This document shows positions 17,292 through 19,140 of a DNA stretch of 19,140 nucleotides, piece after piece. The notes under the pieces were generated by a model. That model did not search any database. It saw nothing but the letters and a program-made list of their open reading frames with translations, and was not told the DNA's origin. Source of the DNA: Thermoplasmata archaeon (GTDB lineage: Archaea; Thermoplasmatota; SW-10-69-26; JACQPN01; JAJPHT01); the NCBI GenBank assembly GCA_034667685.1, contig JAXDQU010000045.1, positions 1 through 19,140 of the forward strand, given 5' to 3'. Each line of letters begins with the position of its first letter. The stretch's first letter is position 1. The position numbers and the translations under genes were made by a program.

Positions 17292-17684
17292 TCAAGCGCC
17301 GCTGAGGCGGAGCAGGTCCTCGGCGAACATCGCCATCTGGGCGCGGGACGCGAAGCGCACGTACTCGGCCTCCAGGTCCTCGCCCTTGCCCTCGCGCGCC
17401 AGCATGAGCATGAGCAGCTCCCCTTCTTCGCCAGGCGCGGCCGTCGCCTGGAGCCGCAGCTTGCCGTCCGAGGGGCCGGCCACCTCGACCAGGCGCTTGC
17501 CTTCGTCCAGCCCATCCAGGACGTCCTGGGCGAAGCTGCCCAAGGCCGGCTTGGTGACGACCAGCGCGTAGCGCGCCTTCAGGCCCGGACGCGTGATCGC
17601 CAGCTCCAGGCCGCCCGTGGCGGGGCGCAGCGCCAGCGCGCTTTCGTCGTCCTCGTGCGTCAATACGGGCTCCGGAAGGGCCAT
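17292..17684 (-). CDS. Hypothetical protein (130 aa) with an apparent internal repeat
   Basis: Normal protein-like composition from MALPEP onward. BRE-like CCCGAAAG plus CGATTC 23 nt upstream. The halves end FAQDVL and FAEDLL. Confidence 0.7.
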   Translation of the reverse strand: MALPEPVLTHEDDESALALRPATGGLELAITRPGLKARYALVVTKPALGSFAQDVLDGLDEGKRLVEVAGPSDGKLRLQATAAPGEEGELLMLMLAREGKGEDLEAEYVRFASRAQMAMFAEDLLRLSGA

Positions 17685-17768
17685 CGGTCCGGAACGGACG
17701 TCCCCCGGAATCGCCCTTTCGGGAAATGGCGTCACGTTCATGCCGGTCGGGCGGGAGAGCCGCGGGGC

Positions 17769-18191
17769 ATGGCAGAGCCGCCCTCCTCCCCGAAGGACGT
17801 GGCCGACGTGCTCGATGCGCTGGCGCGCAAGATCCGGTCGGACCCCTCGTTCCGGCTTGCGCAGCCGCCGCGCAGCATGGCCGTCGTCCCTCCGACCTCC
17901 AGCCAGATCGACGTGGAGGACTCGGACGCGCCGCAGGTGGGTGCCGTGGACGTCTTCCAGGACGACCGCGCCGTCACCGTCACGATCGAGACGCGCAACG
18001 CGGACGCCGGGAGCGTGCACGTGAGCCTCTCGGACGGGCGCCTGCTGGTGAACGTCGGCGAGGGCCCGCGGGCGCTCCGGCGCGACCTGGCGCTACCGGC
18101 TGCCGTCGACGAAGACGCTGCGTTCGCCACCTTCCGCAACGGCGTCCTGGACGTCGTCCTGCCCCTCCGGGGAACCGTGAAGGGCCGCTGA
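17769..18191 (+). CDS. Hsp20/alpha-crystallin family protein
   Basis: VDVFQDDRAVTVTIE, LALPAAVD, ATFRNGVLDVVLP (AxxxNGxL signature). TTCATG 26 nt upstream of the ATG. Confidence 0.85.
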   Translation: MAEPPSSPKDVADVLDALARKIRSDPSFRLAQPPRSMAVVPPTSSQIDVEDSDAPQVGAVDVFQDDRAVTVTIETRNADAGSVHVSLSDGRLLVNVGEGPRALRRDLALPAAVDEDAAFATFRNGVLDVVLPLRGTVKGR

Positions 18192-18449
18192 GGCCGCCCG
18201 GAACTTCGGCAGGTACACCTTCTCCAGGCTGCTCGTGCGCTTGCGCTTGCGGCGCTTGAACTCGCGCAGCGCGATCGGGCAGCTCACGTGCGCGCAATAC
18301 TTGTGGCCCAGCGTCGTCTGGTTGTACGCGCCGCAGCGCTGGCACTCGACGCCGAGGTTGTTGCCGAAGAAGACGACGTTCTCGCCCGCGGTGCGGATGC
18401 CCACGCGCAGGCCCAGCGAGGTCGCGATCTCGGGGGGCGCGCTCGCCAT
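18093..18449 (-). CDS. Small putative zinc-finger protein with basic patch
   Basis: TGATG coupling to the upstream regulator. CQRC-x9-H-x2-C-x-H-x2-C, then KRRKRKR. Confidence 0.65.
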   Translation of the reverse strand: MASAPPEIATSLGLRVGIRTAGENVVFFGNNLGVECQRCGAYNQTTLGHKYCAHVSCPIALREFKRRKRKRTSSLEKVYLPKFRAASAALHGSPEGQDDVQDAVAEGGERSVFVDGSR

Positions 18450-18994
18450 CAGGACACCGCCTGCTCCATCGGGAGCGCGGCGAGACCCAGCCCGAAGCGC
18501 AGCGCGTCCTCGGGCGAGAGGCTCTCCTGGTAGCGCGCGAGCAGCCCGCGCACGAGGTCGGGCTCGCTCAGGGCGTAGCGCGCCTCGGGGCGGGCGGGCT
18601 GGCGCGCGACGATCTGCTCGGCGACGAGCCGGTTGACGTGGAACGAGAGCGTGCTGCGCGACACGCCGACCGCCGAGCACAGCTCGCGCTGCGTCATCGG
18701 GCTGCCGGGCAGCAGCGCGTACACGATCCGGCGCGGCGCGTCGTGGCGCAGCATGGAGAGGACCTCCTTCTCCCGGCGGCCGACGCCCGCGTGCGTGAAG
18801 TAGCGCTTGTAGCGCCCGTCGCGCCGCGCGACGACGAGGCCGGCGCGCTCCAGGCAGTCGAGGTGGTAGAGCGTCGTGCCCAGGGGCAGCTCGCAGCGCC
18901 GCGCGATCTCGCGCAGGTGCGCGCCGGCGTGGGCGGCGACGCAGTCGTGGATCGCCTTGCGCGAGGGCACGCTGAAGATCGAGTTGGCGAGCAT
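18449..18994 (-). CDS. Tandem winged helix-turn-helix transcriptional regulator (archaeal COG3398-like)
   Basis: HTH1: RKAI...GAHLREIARRCELPLGTTLYHLDCLERAGLV...KRYF. HTH2: RRIV..LL...MTQRELCSAVGVSRSTLSFHVNRL. Confidence 0.87.
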   Translation of the reverse strand: MLANSIFSVPSRKAIHDCVAAHAGAHLREIARRCELPLGTTLYHLDCLERAGLVVARRDGRYKRYFTHAGVGRREKEVLSMLRHDAPRRIVYALLPGSPMTQRELCSAVGVSRSTLSFHVNRLVAEQIVARQPARPEARYALSEPDLVRGLLARYQESLSPEDALRFGLGLAALPMEQAVS

Positions 18995-19086
18995 GGATTC
19001 CCATCCTGTGCCGCGCCGCGCGCCCGCCAGAGGCAAGCGGAGGCCGGTGGGGGCGGCTTCCCGGGAGCCGCTGTGTGGATTCCCAT
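18994..19086. repeat. 11-bp direct repeat flanking two hairpins upstream of the regulator
   Basis: TGGATTCCCAT at 18994-19004 and 19076-19086; stem-loops at 19024-19050 and 19053-19071. Confidence 0.6.
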
Positions 19087-19140
19087 TCCACTGGGGGGTG
19101 TGGTCGCTCGCTTGCTCGCCGCCCGGACTCGGGATAGGGT

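Noticed and set aside
18450-19091. 332-aa frame extending the Zn-finger gene through the regulator (possible dual coding or frameshift)
   Set aside because: The upstream part is a low-complexity Arg/Pro off-frame reading. TGATG coupling gives a simpler start at 18449.

Overview
Very GC-rich (about three-quarters G+C by eye), gene-dense window that looks archaeal. Evidence: tRNAs without encoded CCA, BRE/TATA-like promoters with mostly leaderless genes, an archaeal-type GGPP synthase, a Cdc48/VAT ATPase and a tandem-wHTH regulator. The proteins are not acidic, so a high-GC Thermoplasmatota lineage is more likely than haloarchaea (inference). Contents: convergent tRNA-Thr(UGU) and tRNA-Ile(GAU), GGPP synthase, a BNR-repeat lipoprotein, thioredoxin, DUF2231, an AidB-like acyl-CoA dehydrogenase, a DeaD-type helicase, Cdc48, a cyclophilin, CBS, FrnE/DsbA, DUF1330, an aldo-keto reductase, an AlkZ-like glycosylase operon, Hsp20, a small Zn-finger gene and several hypothetical genes. 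Best leads: (1) a single-ORF fusion of a WYL nucleic-acid-sensing domain, with no HTH, to a prenyltransferase/squalene-cyclase-like alpha/alpha-toroid domain, close to an AlkZ-like operon; (2) a candidate ~100-nt ncRNA whose loop shows three CCUCC motifs, with a near-copy of the loop motif in a regulator's leader; (3) a structured trailer built from inverted and direct copies of the tRNA-Ile 3' end. No CRISPR array, transposase or integrase was seen. All family calls come from motif recognition by eye, not database searches.
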